Part shown: piece by piece, positions 21,830 through 59,670 of the stretch
Layout: the number at the start of each line of letters is the position of its first letter
Position numbering within the stretch: the first letter of the stretch is position 1
Source of the DNA: the human T2T-CHM13v2.0 reference genome, Homo sapiens
Assembly: GCF_009914755.1 (NCBI RefSeq)
Contig: NC_060935.1
Strand: one strand, 5' to 3'
DNA: 64,000 nt
Translations under genes and position numbers: made by a program
Notes under the pieces: model-generated
What the model saw: only the letters and a program-made list of their open reading frames with translations
Databases searched by the model: none
What the model was told of the DNA's origin: nothing

Positions 21830-24212
21830 TGCCCAGCTCTGACCATGTCTGGATACAGTCGGTGGGGGGTGCTCAGCTCTGACCATGTCTGGATGCAGTT
21901 GGGGTGGGGGTGCCCAGCTCTGACCATGTCTGGATACAGTCGGCGGGGGGCTTTGCTTAGCTCTGACCATGTCTGGATGCAGTCGGGGGGGGGGGGTGCC
22001 CAGCTCTGACCATGTCTGGATACAGCCGGGGGGGGTGCCCAGCTCTGACCATGTCTGGATGCAGTCAGGGAGGGGGTTGCCCAGCTCTGACCATGTCTGG
22101 ATGCAGTCGGGGGGTGCCCAGCTCTGACCATGTCTGGATACAGTCGGGGGGGGGTGCCCAGCTCTGAACATGTCTGGATGCAGTCGGGGAGGGGGGTGCC
22201 CAGCTCTGACCATGTCTGGATACAGTCGGCGGGGGTGCCCAGCTCTGACCATGTCTGGATACAGTCGGGGAGGGGGGTGCCCAGCTCTGACCATGTCTGG
22301 ATACAGTCGGCGGGGGTGCCCAGCTCTGACCATGTCTGGATGCAGTCGGGGAGGGGGGTGCCCAGCTCTGACCATGTCTGAATGCAGTCGGGGAGGGGGG
22401 TGCCCAGCTCTGACCATGTCTGGATGCAGTCGGGGGGTGCCCAGCTCTGACCATGTCTGGATGCAGTCGGGCGGGGGGGGTGCTCAGCTCTGACCATGTC
22501 TGGATGCAGTCGGGGAGGGGGGTGCCCAGCTCTGACCATGTCTGGATACAGTCGGGGGGGGGGGTGCCCAGCTCTGAACATGTCTGGATACAGTCGGGGA
22601 GGGGTGCTCAGCTCTGACCATGTCTGGATACAGTCGGGGGGGGGGGGTGCCCAGCTCTGACCATGTCTGGATACAGTCGGGGAGGGGTGCCCAGCTCTGA
22701 CCATGTCTGGATGCAGTCGGGGGGTGCCCAGCTCTGACCATGTCTGGATACAGTCGGCGGGGGTGCCCAGCTCTGACCATGTCTGGATACAGTCGGGGAG
22801 GGGGGTGCCCAGCTCTGACCATGTCTGGATACAGTCGGGGAGGGGTGCCCAGCTCTGACCATGTCTGGATGCAGTCGGGGAGGGGGGTGCCCAGCTCTGA
22901 CCATGTCTGGATGCAGTCGGGGAGGGGGGTGCCCAGCTCTGACCATGTCTGGATACAGTCGGCGGGGGGTGCCCAGCTCTGACCATGTCTGGATGCAGTC
23001 GGGGGGTGCCCAGCTCTGACCATGTCTGGATACAGTCGGTGGGGGTTGCCCAGCTCTGACCATGTCTGGATACAGTCGGTGGGGGGGGGGGGTGCCCAGC
23101 TCTGACCATGTCTGGATGCAGTCGGGGAGGGGTGCTCAGCTCTGACCATGTCTGGATGCAGTCGGGGGGTGCCCAGCTCTGACCATGTCTGGATACAGTC
23201 GGGCGGGGGGGGTGCTCAGCTCTGACCATGTCTGGATGCAGTCGGGGAGGGGGGTGCCCAGCTCTGACCATGTCTGGATACAGTCGGGCGGGGGGGGTGC
23301 TCAGCTCTGACCATGTCTGGATGCAGTCGGGGAGGGGGGTGCCCAGCTCTGACCATGTCTGGATACAGTCGGGGGGGGGGGTGCCCAGCTCTGAACATGT
23401 CTGGATACAGTCGGGGAGGGGTGCTCAGCTCTGACCATGTCTGGATACAGTCGGGGGGGGGGGTGCCCAGCTCTGACCATGTCTGGATGCAGTCGGGGGG
23501 GGTGCTCAGCTCTGACCATGTCTGGATGCAGTCGGGGGAGGTGCCCAGCTCTGACCATGTCTGGATACAGTCGGGGGGAGGTGCCCAGCTCTGACCATGT
23601 CTGGATACAGTCGGGGGGGGGTGCCCAGCTCTGACCATGTCTGGATACAGTCGGGGAGGGGTGCCCAGCTCTGACCATGTCTGGATGCAGTCGGGGGGTG
23701 CCCAGCTCTGACCATGTCTGGATACAGTCGGGGGGGGGGTGCCCAACTCTGACCATGTCTGGATGCAGTCGGCGGGGGTGCCCAGCTCTGACCATGTCTG
23801 AATGCAGTCGGGGAGGGGGGTGCCCAGCTCTGACCATGTCTGGATGCAGTCGGGGGGTGCCCAGCTCTGACCATGTCTGGATACAGTCGGGCGGGGGGGG
23901 GTGCTCAGCTCTGACCATGTCTGGATGCAGTCGGGGGGTGCCCAGCTCTGACCATGTCTGGATACAGTCGGGGGGGGGTGCCCAGCTCTGACCATGTCTG
24001 GATACAGTCGGGGGGGGGTGCCCAGCTCTGAACATGTCTGGATACAGTCGGGGGGGGGTGCCCAGCTCTGAACATGTCTGGATACAGTCGGGGAGGGGTG
24101 CTCAGCTCTGACCATGTCTGGATACAGTCGGGGGGGGGGGGTGCCCAGCTCTAACCATGTCTGGATGCAGTCGAGGGGGGGTGCCCAGCTCTGGCCCACG
24201 TCTGGTTACAGT
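21830..24212. repeat. VNTR in SIGIRR 5' intron: constant ~32-bp core GTGCCCAGCTCTGACCATGTCTGGATRCAGTC plus variable G-tract, ~60 copies
   Basis: Direct inspection; unit length ~37-44 bp. Confidence 0.97.
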
Positions 24213-25061
24213 CAGGAGTGCACGTGAGCACAGACACCTCGAAACACCTCGGGAAACACCTCGGGAACCCTCAGCTTAGCCTCGCCCTGCGGTTGTGAGG
24301 CCGGAGGGTGAACAGCGCCCGGTGGGGATGGAGGTCTCGGGTCCCATGTCCTTTCCCAGCCCGTAGCAGCAGCCACACACACCTCAAGTCTCCCAAAGCT
24401 CCTCAGTGAGGTGGCTGCAGGGAGAAGCCCAGAGCCTCTTCCTTGGCAGCCCAGGGCCCCAGGGGCCTCTCCTCACTGGATGCCACAGGGTCACCCTGTT
24501 TATCCAACAGGCACTGACTGTCTACTCCCCTCCCTGCTGCAGGGACACAGTGGAAGTGGGGATGTGGGGATCAAGCCTAAGTTTCTGCACCCCAGCTCCC
24601 TCAGGATTCCTCCCCGCTAAGGCCCCAGAGGCAGTGGCAGGGACAGTCCTCTTAGCCTGCCACCTATTCCCTCTCCATGGGTGAAGCACAGCCAGAGGCC
24701 CCAGGTTTGACTGTTTGGCAGTTTCCTCGGGAACCGATACAGCATGAGGCACACACCCATGGGGGATGGCCAGGGGGTCCTTGAAGAAGTCCTTTGCGGT
24801 GGAGGACACTCCAAGGAAAGTCCTTGACCCAGGGGAACCACCCACTGAGGGTCCTTAAAGCACACACTTCCCAGGAAACCAACCCCTCACAGCAAGCCCG
24901 GGAGGTCACACCGCCAGCCCAGCAGAACCCCTGGCATCTCCTGCAGTGCTTCCGTGACCGCCCCAAGCTCAGACCTCAAAGTCCTCCCTCCAAAAGCAGC
25001 CTCAGAGCCTTCTGGAAGTCAAGGGCAGACTGCCAGGATACGAGCACAGCAAGAAAGCAGG

Positions 25062-25870
25062 TGCCCTCCCCTGCAAACCCTCCTCTGCACCCTCTCCGCT
25101 GCCTGCCTCTCCTTGCACCCTCTCCCCTGCACCCTCTCCCTGCAAACCCTCCCCTGCACCCTCTTCCCGCACCCTCTCCCCTGCTCCCTCTCCCCTACGC
25201 ACCTTCCCCTGCACCCTCTCCTCTGCCTGCCTCCCCCTGCACGCTCTCCACTCCCCACCTTCCCCTGCCCACCTTCCCCTGCACCCTCTCCCCTGAACCC
25301 TCTCCTCTGCCTGCCTCCCCCTGCACCCTCTCCCCTCCCCACCTTCCCCTGCACCCTCTCTTCTGCCTGCCTCCTCCTGCACCTTCTCTCCTCCCTACCT
25401 TTCCCTGTACTCTCGTCTGCCTACCTTCCCCTGCACCCTCTCCCCTCCCCACCTTTCCCTGCACCCTCTCCCCTGCACACCTTCCCCTGCACTCTCTCCT
25501 CTGCCTACCTTCCCCTGCACCCTCTCCCTCCCCACCTTTCCCTGCACACCTTCCCCTGCACCCTCTCCTCTGCCTACCTTCCCCTGCACCCTCTCCCCTC
25601 CCCACCTTTCCCTGCACCCTCTCCCCTGCACACCTTCCCCTGCACCCTCTCCTCTGCCTACCTTCCCCTGCACCCTCTCCCCTCCCCACCTTTCCCTGCA
25701 CACCTTCCCCTGCACCCTCTCCCCTGCACCCTCTCCTCTGCCTACCTTCCCCTGCACCCTCTCCCCTCCCCACCTTTCCCTGCACCCTCTCCCCTGCACA
25801 CCTTTCCTTGTACCCCCTCCCCTCCCTAACTTCCCCTGCACCCTCTCCTCTGCCCCTCCTCCTCTGCACA
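25062..25870. repeat. Polypyrimidine/polypurine tandem repeat (CCTTCCCCTGCACCCTCTC)n
   Basis: Direct inspection. Confidence 0.9.
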
Positions 25871-26269
25871 CATCACATACACACAGCCCTCTGGCCCATG
25901 TGCACCTGCACAGAGCTTCAGTCTCAGCCCGTGTGCACACTTGCACCTCCTACACAGCACACTTCCTACCACACACACCTCCCATTACCACTGCACACAG
26001 CTTAGGCTGCAGACCCCTCACACAACTGTTGAGTATATACAACACCCATTGCAACGCTTGTCACAGAGCCTAGGACCACAGGCACCCCACAGCACACACA
26101 CTGCACCTGACACCCACCCTTGGCCGCTGATGCGACACAGCCTCCTGCTGCCCCTCGCTCTGTCTCACACACACATGCACACACATGCATATGGGTCTTG
26201 GGCGCCGTGGGCCTCCTCTCAGCCAGGCCCTGACACAGGCTCACTCAGAGCAGCGGGGAAGGCAGTCAC

Positions 26270-26450
26270 CTGGTTCCAGTTCTTTCCTCCGGGGGGCAAA
26301 TGTTGGTCATTGGTGCGCCTTTGGGAGCAAACTCTCCCCTTCGCTGGGCCCCAGGGAGTGTCCACAGCACCAAGGCTGCTATGGATGCATCGCCAAGCGC
26401 GGTGGGGACCTGGCTTGTGTCTTTGTGTATTTTGATCAGAACTTTCCCTG
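26270..26450 (-). other. SIGIRR: Probable proximal non-coding first exon of SIGIRR (5' end approximate)
   Basis: Minus-strand donor CCAG|GTGAC at 26270; GC-box and ETS motifs and (TG)n just upstream; SIGIRR is known to have alternative 5' exons. Confidence 0.45.
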
Positions 26451-26650
26451 TAGCTTCCTGGCCTTGCAGTCACATCCTCTCCTAACCCTAAACCCCACCC
26501 AGGCACCCACCCCTTCCCTAGGCGGGCGGGAGGACGGGCAGTTGGTGGTTCTCACCCCGCCTGCCCCGGCTCTTCCTGTAGCTCTGAGTCAAGCGGCTCC
26601 TTCCTCTGGAGCCCGCCCCAACCCACCCAGGCACGGCACTTTCCTCTGTG

Positions 26651-26654
<4 letters not shown>

Positions 26655-26707
<53 letters not shown>

Positions 26708-26775
26708 GTGTCTGCGTGTGTGCAATGTGTGTGCAGTATGTGCGTGTGCGTGCGTTTGTGTGTGTGCGTGTGTGT
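26655..26775. repeat. (TG)n microsatellite, ~24 perfect units plus degenerate tail
   Basis: Direct inspection. Confidence 0.95.
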
Positions 26776-27979
26776 TGTGGGGTGGGGGGTGCTCAAAGGG
26801 GCAGGTTCCAGGGGTAATGCATGGGGGGTCCTCCAGCCAGGAGACCCCCGCCAGGGCCACCCTGCACACATACAAGGAGGACCGGGGACCGCGCGGCATG
26901 CCTTCCAGACGCTACTAGAGCTCACACTCAGGAGCCAAGGGGCCGGTTTGCTCCCCCATGTGTCTTTGACCTCTGACCCCGGGGAACAGGGCCTTCAGAA
27001 ACTCCCGGTCAACAATGGGGCTCCAGCAGAACTCTTCCGCCCTCTCCCCGTCCCTCTCCCAGACATAGCTCCCCCGATGGGTGAGCAGTTACAAGGGACT
27101 ATGGCATCTTGTGGACCTTCCCTTCAGGCTGGGGTGGGAGGGCAGCGCCCCCTTTTCCAAATAAGGAGCAAACACAGGTGGCCGAGGCTCCTGGCTCAGA
27201 GCAGATGAGGGGCAGATGGCATCTCCTGTTGTCACCAAACTGACACTCCCCAGGTTGACCTGGGACTGGGGACCCAGTGACCGGTGGCTGGTATTGCCCA
27301 CAGAATCAGACAAGGGTCTCCTTTGGACCCTGGCCCTGCCCTCAGCCACATGGGGGCAGGGCTTCATTGTGGAGGGCTGCCATCCAGCCTCCCGGCCCTG
27401 GCTGAGCACCCTCTCAGCAGCAGGCTTTCTACAGGTACTTGTCTGACTGAGTCCCAGCCCTGCTAGGACCTTCCTTTGTCCCGGTACTCAGCCTTGGGTG
27501 ATGGTGGGCCTTGGGCTCAGGGTCCCAAAGACAGCACCCCTTCCCCCACAGAGCCTGGTACCAGCCCCTCCTTGAAGTGGGTCCTTGGAAGCCCCTCAAG
27601 AAGGTTCTCCCCACACTGCAGGTCAGGAAGCAGGCACAGCAGGGCCCAGGGCACCCCCGCAGGAAGCAGGAGCAGGGCCTCCAGCACAGGCCCTGGGGTC
27701 AGCCGCCAACTGTGAAGCCCCGGCTCGGCGGCTGCTCTGTGCACCCGGTCTCAGCGTCACCATCTCTCAGGGCTGGCTTGGCACCCTCTCCTTCCCTCTC
27801 TCTGCTAACGTCCTGCACCCCCGAGCCCCCAGGTCCACCGTCCAGGGTGAGCATGAACACCCACAAAGTCTCCGACCCTCGCCCGCACAGCTCTTCCGAG
27901 GCGCCCAGAATCTCAGTCCAAGCCTGGCCCTGGTCGCCTCGCACTGCCCACCGCACTCTGCTGGGCACCTTGAGGTTCT

Positions 27980-29110
27980 TAGAAAGCGCCAGCTCCTCCC
28001 GCCCTCAGACCCAGCCAGCGTCCTCGGTCCGCGGCCGCCCCTGCCCGGTGGGTTCGACGCTCAGCACCCAGCACCCTGCGGGCGACTCCCGCTCAGCTCG
28101 GACGCGCCGCCCCTCCGCTCCCCGTGCGCGCTGGGCCCCCAGCGCCTGTCCTGAAGCAGGAACGTGGGTAAAAGGCTGCGGCCCCGCAGGCCGAGGGGCT
28201 CTGGTTCGCTCCCCTACCCCGCGCCCACCTGCGCCCTGGGCGCCCTCCAAGTGAGGAGGGCGGAGAACGAGGACGCGCGCGGGAGGCGGGCACGGGGGTG
28301 CGGCTCGGGGCGCTCGGCCGGGGCAGAGGCGCGCGGATGGCGGAAGCTCCACCCGGCGCCGGGCGAGCTCGGGCCCCAGCCTGACTCTTGGTCCGCCCTC
28401 GGCGCCTCAGGAAGCCTCGAGCTGGGATCCAGGCTTGGGCGACCGAGGTGGGATCCCTGCGCGCCTCGGCGCTCCTAGCCCCGCTCTGTTCTGCGCGAGG
28501 GTCACCAAAAAGCCGCTGACCACGTCGGGCAGAGGAAAGGGTGGCCCCCGCCCCCTTCGCCCACTTTCCTCCCTTCCCCCAGCCCTGGAAAGGGCCAGGA
28601 CGCGGGCGAGCTCGGGCTTCCGGGCGACGCGGGAACCTCCCCGGCCCCGAGCCATTTCCTGAGAGACCGCGCCCAGGGACAAGCAGCGCCCCGGGCCCCG
28701 ACTCCAGGCCTGCAGCGGCTCTGGGAGGACTGCGACCTCCACTCACCTTCGCGGGTCTGATGGCGACCGCCACTCACCTGCTGCCAGGACCTGGGGCTCG
28801 CGCCGGGCGGGGGCGGGGCAGCTCACCTGAGCCAGGTGCGCAGCGGCAACAGCCCCGGCGGCGGCGTAGCCCCGGCAGCGGCAGCAGGTGCGGCCCCGCC
28901 CCGCAGTCAGGGCGGGGGCGGACCCCAGCGTCCCGCTCTGCGCCCAAGGCTGGCGCTGGAGGCTGCGCTGCTGCCCGGGAGCCGCTGCCGCACGGGCCTG
29001 GGGCCAGTGGCCAAACCAGCCCAACCAGCGCGCAGAGCCCCGGAGCCCCAGAGCCTTGGGGACTCTTCGGAGCGTCCACCGCCCTCAAGGTTTTGCGCGT
29101 CCGCCCCTAT
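27980..29110 (-). promoter_or_regulatory. SIGIRR: CpG island: distal SIGIRR promoter and non-coding first exon(s)
   Basis: CpG-dense, GC boxes, minus-strand GTGAG donors near 28746, 28777 and 28826. Confidence 0.75.
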
Positions 29111-29402
29111 CTCTTCCCTTTCCTCCAGGAAGCCTGCCTTGACCCCCACCCCACCCTCAAGTGGCCCCGATGTCTTCTCTTGCCTCCCTCAACACCCCAG
29201 GTGCAGGGACGGGGAGAGGACCCCATAGGCGCCCCTCCCTTGGAAGCCCATGGAAAACTGGAGAAGGGACAGGCGGCCTGAGGCGGCCTCACCTGGTTCC
29301 AGACGTTCCACACTCCGGGTCTGTTTCCCATCTAGCCCTGAGGGCAGATATAATCCACCCGGGACCCAGCGAGGCCAGGAAAGCAAGACAGACAGGCTTA
29401 AT

Positions 29403-29408
29403 TTTACT
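29403..29408 (-). terminator. ANO9: Probable non-canonical ANO9 polyA signal AGTAAA
   Basis: No minus-strand AATAAA seen between the ANO9 stop and the SIGIRR island; AGTAAA variant ~415 nt after the stop. Confidence 0.5.
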
Positions 29409-29823
29409 GCAGAAACGGGTTGGCTGAAGGGAACAGGCCAGCGAGGTGGGCTCAGGACACCCCCAACAGCCAGGATGGGGGCACGGCAGGATCTGGCGCC
29501 CAGAAGTCAGAGGGAGGCCCAGGAAATTTGCGCCAGTTTTCCTGCCTTGTGGCTGCCTGAGGAGCCCTCACTCCCAGTTCTGTGGGTGCCCAGGGTCACC
29601 CAGAGTTCAAGTCAGGGCTGTGCCAAGCCTGAGAGCCCCCACAAAGACGGAGCAGGCGGAATAGGGTGGCAGCTCACAGCCCTGAACATACAGGGGATTC
29701 CTGCGGCCCCACATGGGCACAGCCTTCTCACAGCACCCCTCAACACGCACAGCGGTGGGCTTGTGGGAGGTGCTGGTGGTGGCACTGTCTCAGCTCCTGG
29801 TGGCCTCTGGACGGGCTCTGGCC

Positions 29824-53270
<23,447 letters not shown>

Positions 53271-53500
53271 GCTGGCTGTGGCCGGAGTTCCAGCTGGGGT
53301 TTGGCGGCCAGGAGAGTGGCTGCCAGCGGCGGGTGCTCCTACCTGACTTCCGCGTGGGGCTCGCCCCTCCCTCCTCCTCCTCCAGCGTCCTGCAGCTGCC
53401 GCGCCTGGGTGTAGTCGGGGCGGAGCCAGCATCCAGGCCAGGAGAGTACCCCAGCCCCTGGAGCCTGGGACACCTTCCTGGAGCCCAGATGGCGGGTCAG
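53271..53500 (-). promoter_or_regulatory. ANO9: ANO9 5'UTR and proximal promoter
   Basis: Upstream of ATGCAG|GTGAG; ETS motif (CGGAAGT on minus) and GC box. Confidence 0.6.
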
Positions 53501-53699
53501 GGGCCAGAGGGGAATTCCTAGGCTGGAGTTCCCGGGAAGGGGGTTTCCACTGTGAGATGGGTCTCATGACACCTGGTCCTAGGGGGAAGCAGGATGGCAC
53601 AGAGCCCCTGACAGAGCCAGCACCAACGCCCCCACTTGCCTTGCCTCTCTCACCCCCGCTCACACATCCCCATGTTCCCTCCAAAAGCATCCCACCCCA

Positions 53700-53822
53700 G
53701 GCCATGCCCCCCACCCCGGGCCACGGCCCCCCACCCCGGGCCACGGCCTCCCCCACCCCGGGCCACGGCCTCCCCCACCCCGGGCCACGGCCCCCCACCC
53801 CGGGCCACGGCCCCCCACCCCA
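53700..53822. repeat. 21-22 bp VNTR x5 (CCCCACCCCGGGCCACGGCC) upstream of ANO9
   Basis: Direct inspection. Confidence 0.9.
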
Positions 53823-54555
53823 CAGGTCCAGTGCTGATTCCCTTAGAGGAGAAACTGGGGCAAGGAGGACTGACGACGAGACAGACTCCCAAAGAAACTG
53901 TCTGCTCCTACCCAAGCCCCTGCTTTCTGGGCCCCACTGGGGAATCCTTGGAGTCCTGGGGACACGTGGCTGGCCCCAGGCTGTGTAGACAACGGAGGAG
54001 GAGCCCTCCACCCCGCATCCCCAGTCCCTGAGCACGTTCTGTGCAGCCTGGGCTGAGGGCGGCAGCTGGGCAGGCTCTGGGTGTCCTGAGAGTGACCGTC
54101 CAGTGGAGTGCCCTGAGGAGGGAAGGGCTGCGGGGAGTGGGGGCCCAGGCCGTGGGCTGGCACACATTATCTGCAGCGTGTGTGGCGAGGAGTCTGCTTC
54201 TGAAAGCTGCTGCAAAGCTGGGGAGGCAGGGCCAGAGCTCCGCAGGCAGACGCTGTCACACGGAACGGCTCCAGGCCCACTGGGGCCAGAGCACCCCCCG
54301 GCAAGCCCAGCAGCCCTCTGCTGTGGTCCAGGCCCAGGGCCAACAGTCGGCTCTGGTTTCCCCAAGGGGTAACATGGTCCCACCCATGTTTCTCCTTGGG
54401 GGACCTCCTGGCAGGCTGGGATGGCAGCAGAGACCACAGCTTTGCCACTTTGGCAAAGACAAGCGAGTGAAGTGGTGGCCGAGGACCTGTGAGCTCAGAT
54501 GGGGCAAATCCAAATGGAACACATTCAGATCTGTGTGCAAAATGGTGGTGGCTTA

Positions 54556-54934
<379 letters not shown>

Positions 54935-55407
54935 CTATAGTCATCAGAGACCCAGAATGCCTTCAGCTTGTTGCTCTGCCACCTTAAATACATGGTCCCA
55001 GCACCTGGTCCAAAATGACTGCTCAAGCTCCAGTCATCACATCCACGTTCCAGCCAGTGGGAAGAGGAAAGGGCGAAGGAGGGAACCTCACCCTTCACAT
55101 GGTTAGTCACGTGACCACACTCTATGGCAAGGAAGCCTGGGGCATGTGAGCTCTTTTCCCATGGAAGAAAGCAGGGTAAGCGGGAGAGGGAACATCCGGC
55201 AGTCTCACCAGGGGGTCACAGCTGCCAAGTTAGATCTAGTTCAGAAACAGAATGTGCAAGGCTTGTTGAGTATGGGAGGAACTCACACGCAAGATCCACG
55301 TTCCCAGCCCCTGCACCGTCCGTGACGGGTGTCGCTCCCCAGTCCCCAGCTCAGCCCGCTCAGGGGTCTCTGTGCTCATGTTTTCACACTGTGTTAAAAC
55401 AATCTTC

Positions 55408-55716
<309 letters not shown>

Positions 55717-56422
55717 AAAACAATCTCCACGTTTTCAGTGTGTTAAAACAATCTGCTAGCAGGTCATGTGAGTTACTCAGGCGCCACTTCAAGTGTCCAC
55801 ACAGCTGCTGTGCTCTCTTTCAATGACTTTTTCAGCATTCCCAGTTGCGTTGCAGAAACACTGTTCCTCCTCCCCCCACACCTTCCGTGGGCGTCACCAG
55901 AGGAATCCTCAGTCACTTCCAGAGTCCTGGCTGTAAAGCCAGCATATCCAGCTTCAGGGGAGAGAGCTCAGCGAGGCGGCTGCATTGGCCGCTGGCCTCA
56001 CCCAGCGTGGAAGTTCCCTTACGATCAGTGAAGGGTGGAGAGGGAGGGGGACCCCACCCAGTCCTATCTGGACAGAAAACCAGTACAGCCCTTTCAGAAA
56101 GCAATTCAGCTATAATACGTATTAAGAGCCTTAAAATTGTTTAGACTTTGGTTCATTAATCTAACTTTTTGTAAACTGTTCTAAAAAAATGCAAAATAAT
56201 GAAAATATGTATATATGTCATTTGCAGCAAAAATTGTAAACCACCAATGTTCAACAATAGGAAAATATCAGCGAAAACATGGTATTCATATTTATATGCT
56301 GATTAAGCAGACATTAGAAGTTATACTTTCAAAGAGTTTTTGAGAACATAGGAAAATGCTTATGTTATACTGCTAAGTAAAAAAAACAGACTACAAACAT
56401 ATAAAAATTTTTCCTAGATTAA

Positions 56423-56731
<309 letters not shown>

Positions 56732-56739
56732 GGAGATTA

Positions 56740-56845
56740 ATTTTTTTTTAATGTTCTTTTACTTTAAGTTCCAGGATACGTGTGCAAAACGTGCAGGTTT
56801 GTTACACAGGTAAACGTGTGCCATGGTGGTTTGATGCTCCTATCA
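56740..56845 (-). mobile_element. Short L1PA 3'-end fragment within an older L1ME-like AT-rich region (~56080-57030)
   Basis: TTTAAGTTCCAGGATAC.TGTGCA.AACGTGCAGGTTTGTTACA.AGGTAAAC.TGTGCCATGGTGGTTTG. Confidence 0.85.
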
Positions 56846-58562
56846 CAAACATGTATAAAATGTTTATGTAAACGTAGCTAAGGGGCATTAAAATATGGGA
56901 AGAGTAGACTGATATTTGATACTTACATTTGCTTAACAATGTGAACTAAGGATGGGGTATTATGCTTTTCTTCATTATGTTTGTTTTCAAATATTCTAAC
57001 ACAAACACATCACACTTTAATAAACTTATTAAATTTGCTTTATTTTTCCACATTCAAGTCTATTATTATAAACTTTATTTCCCCCAGACTCAGCTTGACT
57101 CTTGGCTTCCGGGTTTGAGTGCAGCTCCTGAAGAGGCAAGAGTTTGGCCTGGACGTCCTGGCAGGTGGCCCTGCCCTGCCTTGGCAGAGAACTTTGGTCG
57201 AGGTTCCCCGTGGGCCTCCTGCTCTTCCTCTGTGGACCCTGGACCCTGTTCCTCTGCCTTTCCTCCTCCCACTTCAGAAGACCCCGTCCACCAGACCGCC
57301 TCCCCCTGAGGCCCAACATGCAGCAGAGGCAGCTCCTCCGTCCCTGCAGCCTCCTTTTAACTGTGGGATATGGCAGCCACCCGTGGAGCGGTCCGGGTGA
57401 CAAAGCCAGCGAGAGCTAGGGAGCGCCCAGGTGAAATCCCACAGGCAGGTGTGAGCACCAATTGTCATTACCTTTGCCCTGGGCCCCTCAGAGACCTGTC
57501 CTCCCCCCCCGCCCCCAACAGCCTCCTGGGCGCGGCCACAGACACAGACACAGTGTCTGGACGAGCAGACTCGTCCAGGCACTGCTCAGAGGCAGCCCCT
57601 CTGGGTCAGCTGGAGTCGGTGCCTCTGAGAACCTGCCCCTGTACTCTCTCTGGGCTGGTCTCAGGCACCCTGCTGGCTCCAGCCTCTCTTGGCTGACAGT
57701 GCTTGGCAGGCGACCCCCAGCCTGAAGCCCCTGCAGGGGAGACCCTCTCCCAGCTGGGCCTCTGCCCTTGAGGACCACCTGAAGCCATCCTTGCCTGCCA
57801 CACCAGGGTGGCATTGGGGTGGGGACCCAAACCCCTCCCGTCCTCATTGCAGGGACAACTCTGTCTCCTTGCTGCCTCCCCAACACCTCCAGGCCTTAAC
57901 CATCTTGACTTGGGGAGCAGTCCTGCTGTCCACGCTCCCTCCAACAAGCCAGAGAAAACTCCCGGGCACAGGTGTGCGTGTGGCACGGTGAGTTTTTCTG
58001 TAATCCACTCACCTTTATGGATTTACCGCACCAGGGGAAATATTACAACAGGCATTTGTTACTTTACAAATTCCTAGGCTTCCTCTCCCTTCCTTGCAAG
58101 GGCATTTTTAGAAAGCATTTCGCCAACATTCACTATTTACCACCATAAATGTGACTCTGGCCAGCTCTGTCCCTGGGTAAGGCCAGAATTGACCATTTTC
58201 TTAAAAGTTCCAGCGCCCTGAGGCTTCTGGCAGGCATCTCTGCAGCTGAGGAAGGCTTCTGTCCCGTGCACCCTTCCCCAGGCGGGGGACCCCCAGTTCT
58301 GCTGCTCTGGGGCCTCAAAGAACCAAGTCCTCCAAGCTGCTCCACTGCCTCCTCACCAGCCACGGTGCTCCCTGAGCCACAAACCTCCGGCCTCACCCCT
58401 GCCCCTCAGGCCCACGTCTTGCAATGGACTCTGCCAGTCCACACATGCCTGGGTGGGGAGGGGTGTGCACTTCTGCAGCTGGGGTGAAGACAGGGACAGG
58501 GTAATGTGAGACTCAGATATGAGACGCCAGGTGCAAAACTGCAGGTGGAGAGCTCCCTGTAG

Positions 58563-58965
<403 letters not shown>

Positions 58966-59003
58966 TTCTCTGCCACAGTTTTTTTGTCTCTAAGCGACAG
59001 TCA

Positions 59004-59373
<370 letters not shown>

Positions 59374-59379
59374 CTACTT

Positions 59380-59670
59380 GGCACGTGGCCAGAGCTCCGT
59401 AGTGATGGGCAACGAACACGTGGTCTGCGCGCCCGGGGCCGCGCGGTCTGGCGGGGCCGCGCGGTCTAGATCACGCTACTCCGGGTCCCAAGGCCCCGCC
59501 CTCAGGCCCCGCCCACAGACCATGTCCTCGGCCCCGCCCCTCACGCGCCCTTGGGCCCCGCCCCCGAGCCGACAGGAACGAGCGTCATTGCGAGGCGGCC
59601 TCGCGCGCAGCTTCCTTGGGGCCAGGGACCCCAGTGGGGCCGGTACATCTCCCCGCCCCGGCCTCTGCAC
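59380..59670. promoter_or_regulatory. Small CpG-rich promoter-like element (candidate upstream PTDSS2 promoter)
   Basis: Four GC boxes, two CACGTG E-boxes, duplicated GGGGCCGCGCGGTCT. Confidence 0.6.

Noticed and set aside
21715-24199. 518-aa and 327-aa minus-strand repeat ORFs
   Set aside because: VNTR translations that cycle through all frames
21830-24212. CRISPR-like repeat-spacer appearance
   Set aside because: Spacers are only G homopolymer variants, there are no cas genes, and the context is a human intron; it is a VNTR
57030-58000. Possible lncRNA exons (acceptor near 57087, donor near 57988, minus-strand AATAAA motifs)
   Set aside because: Isolated motifs only; no supportable transcript structure from sequence alone
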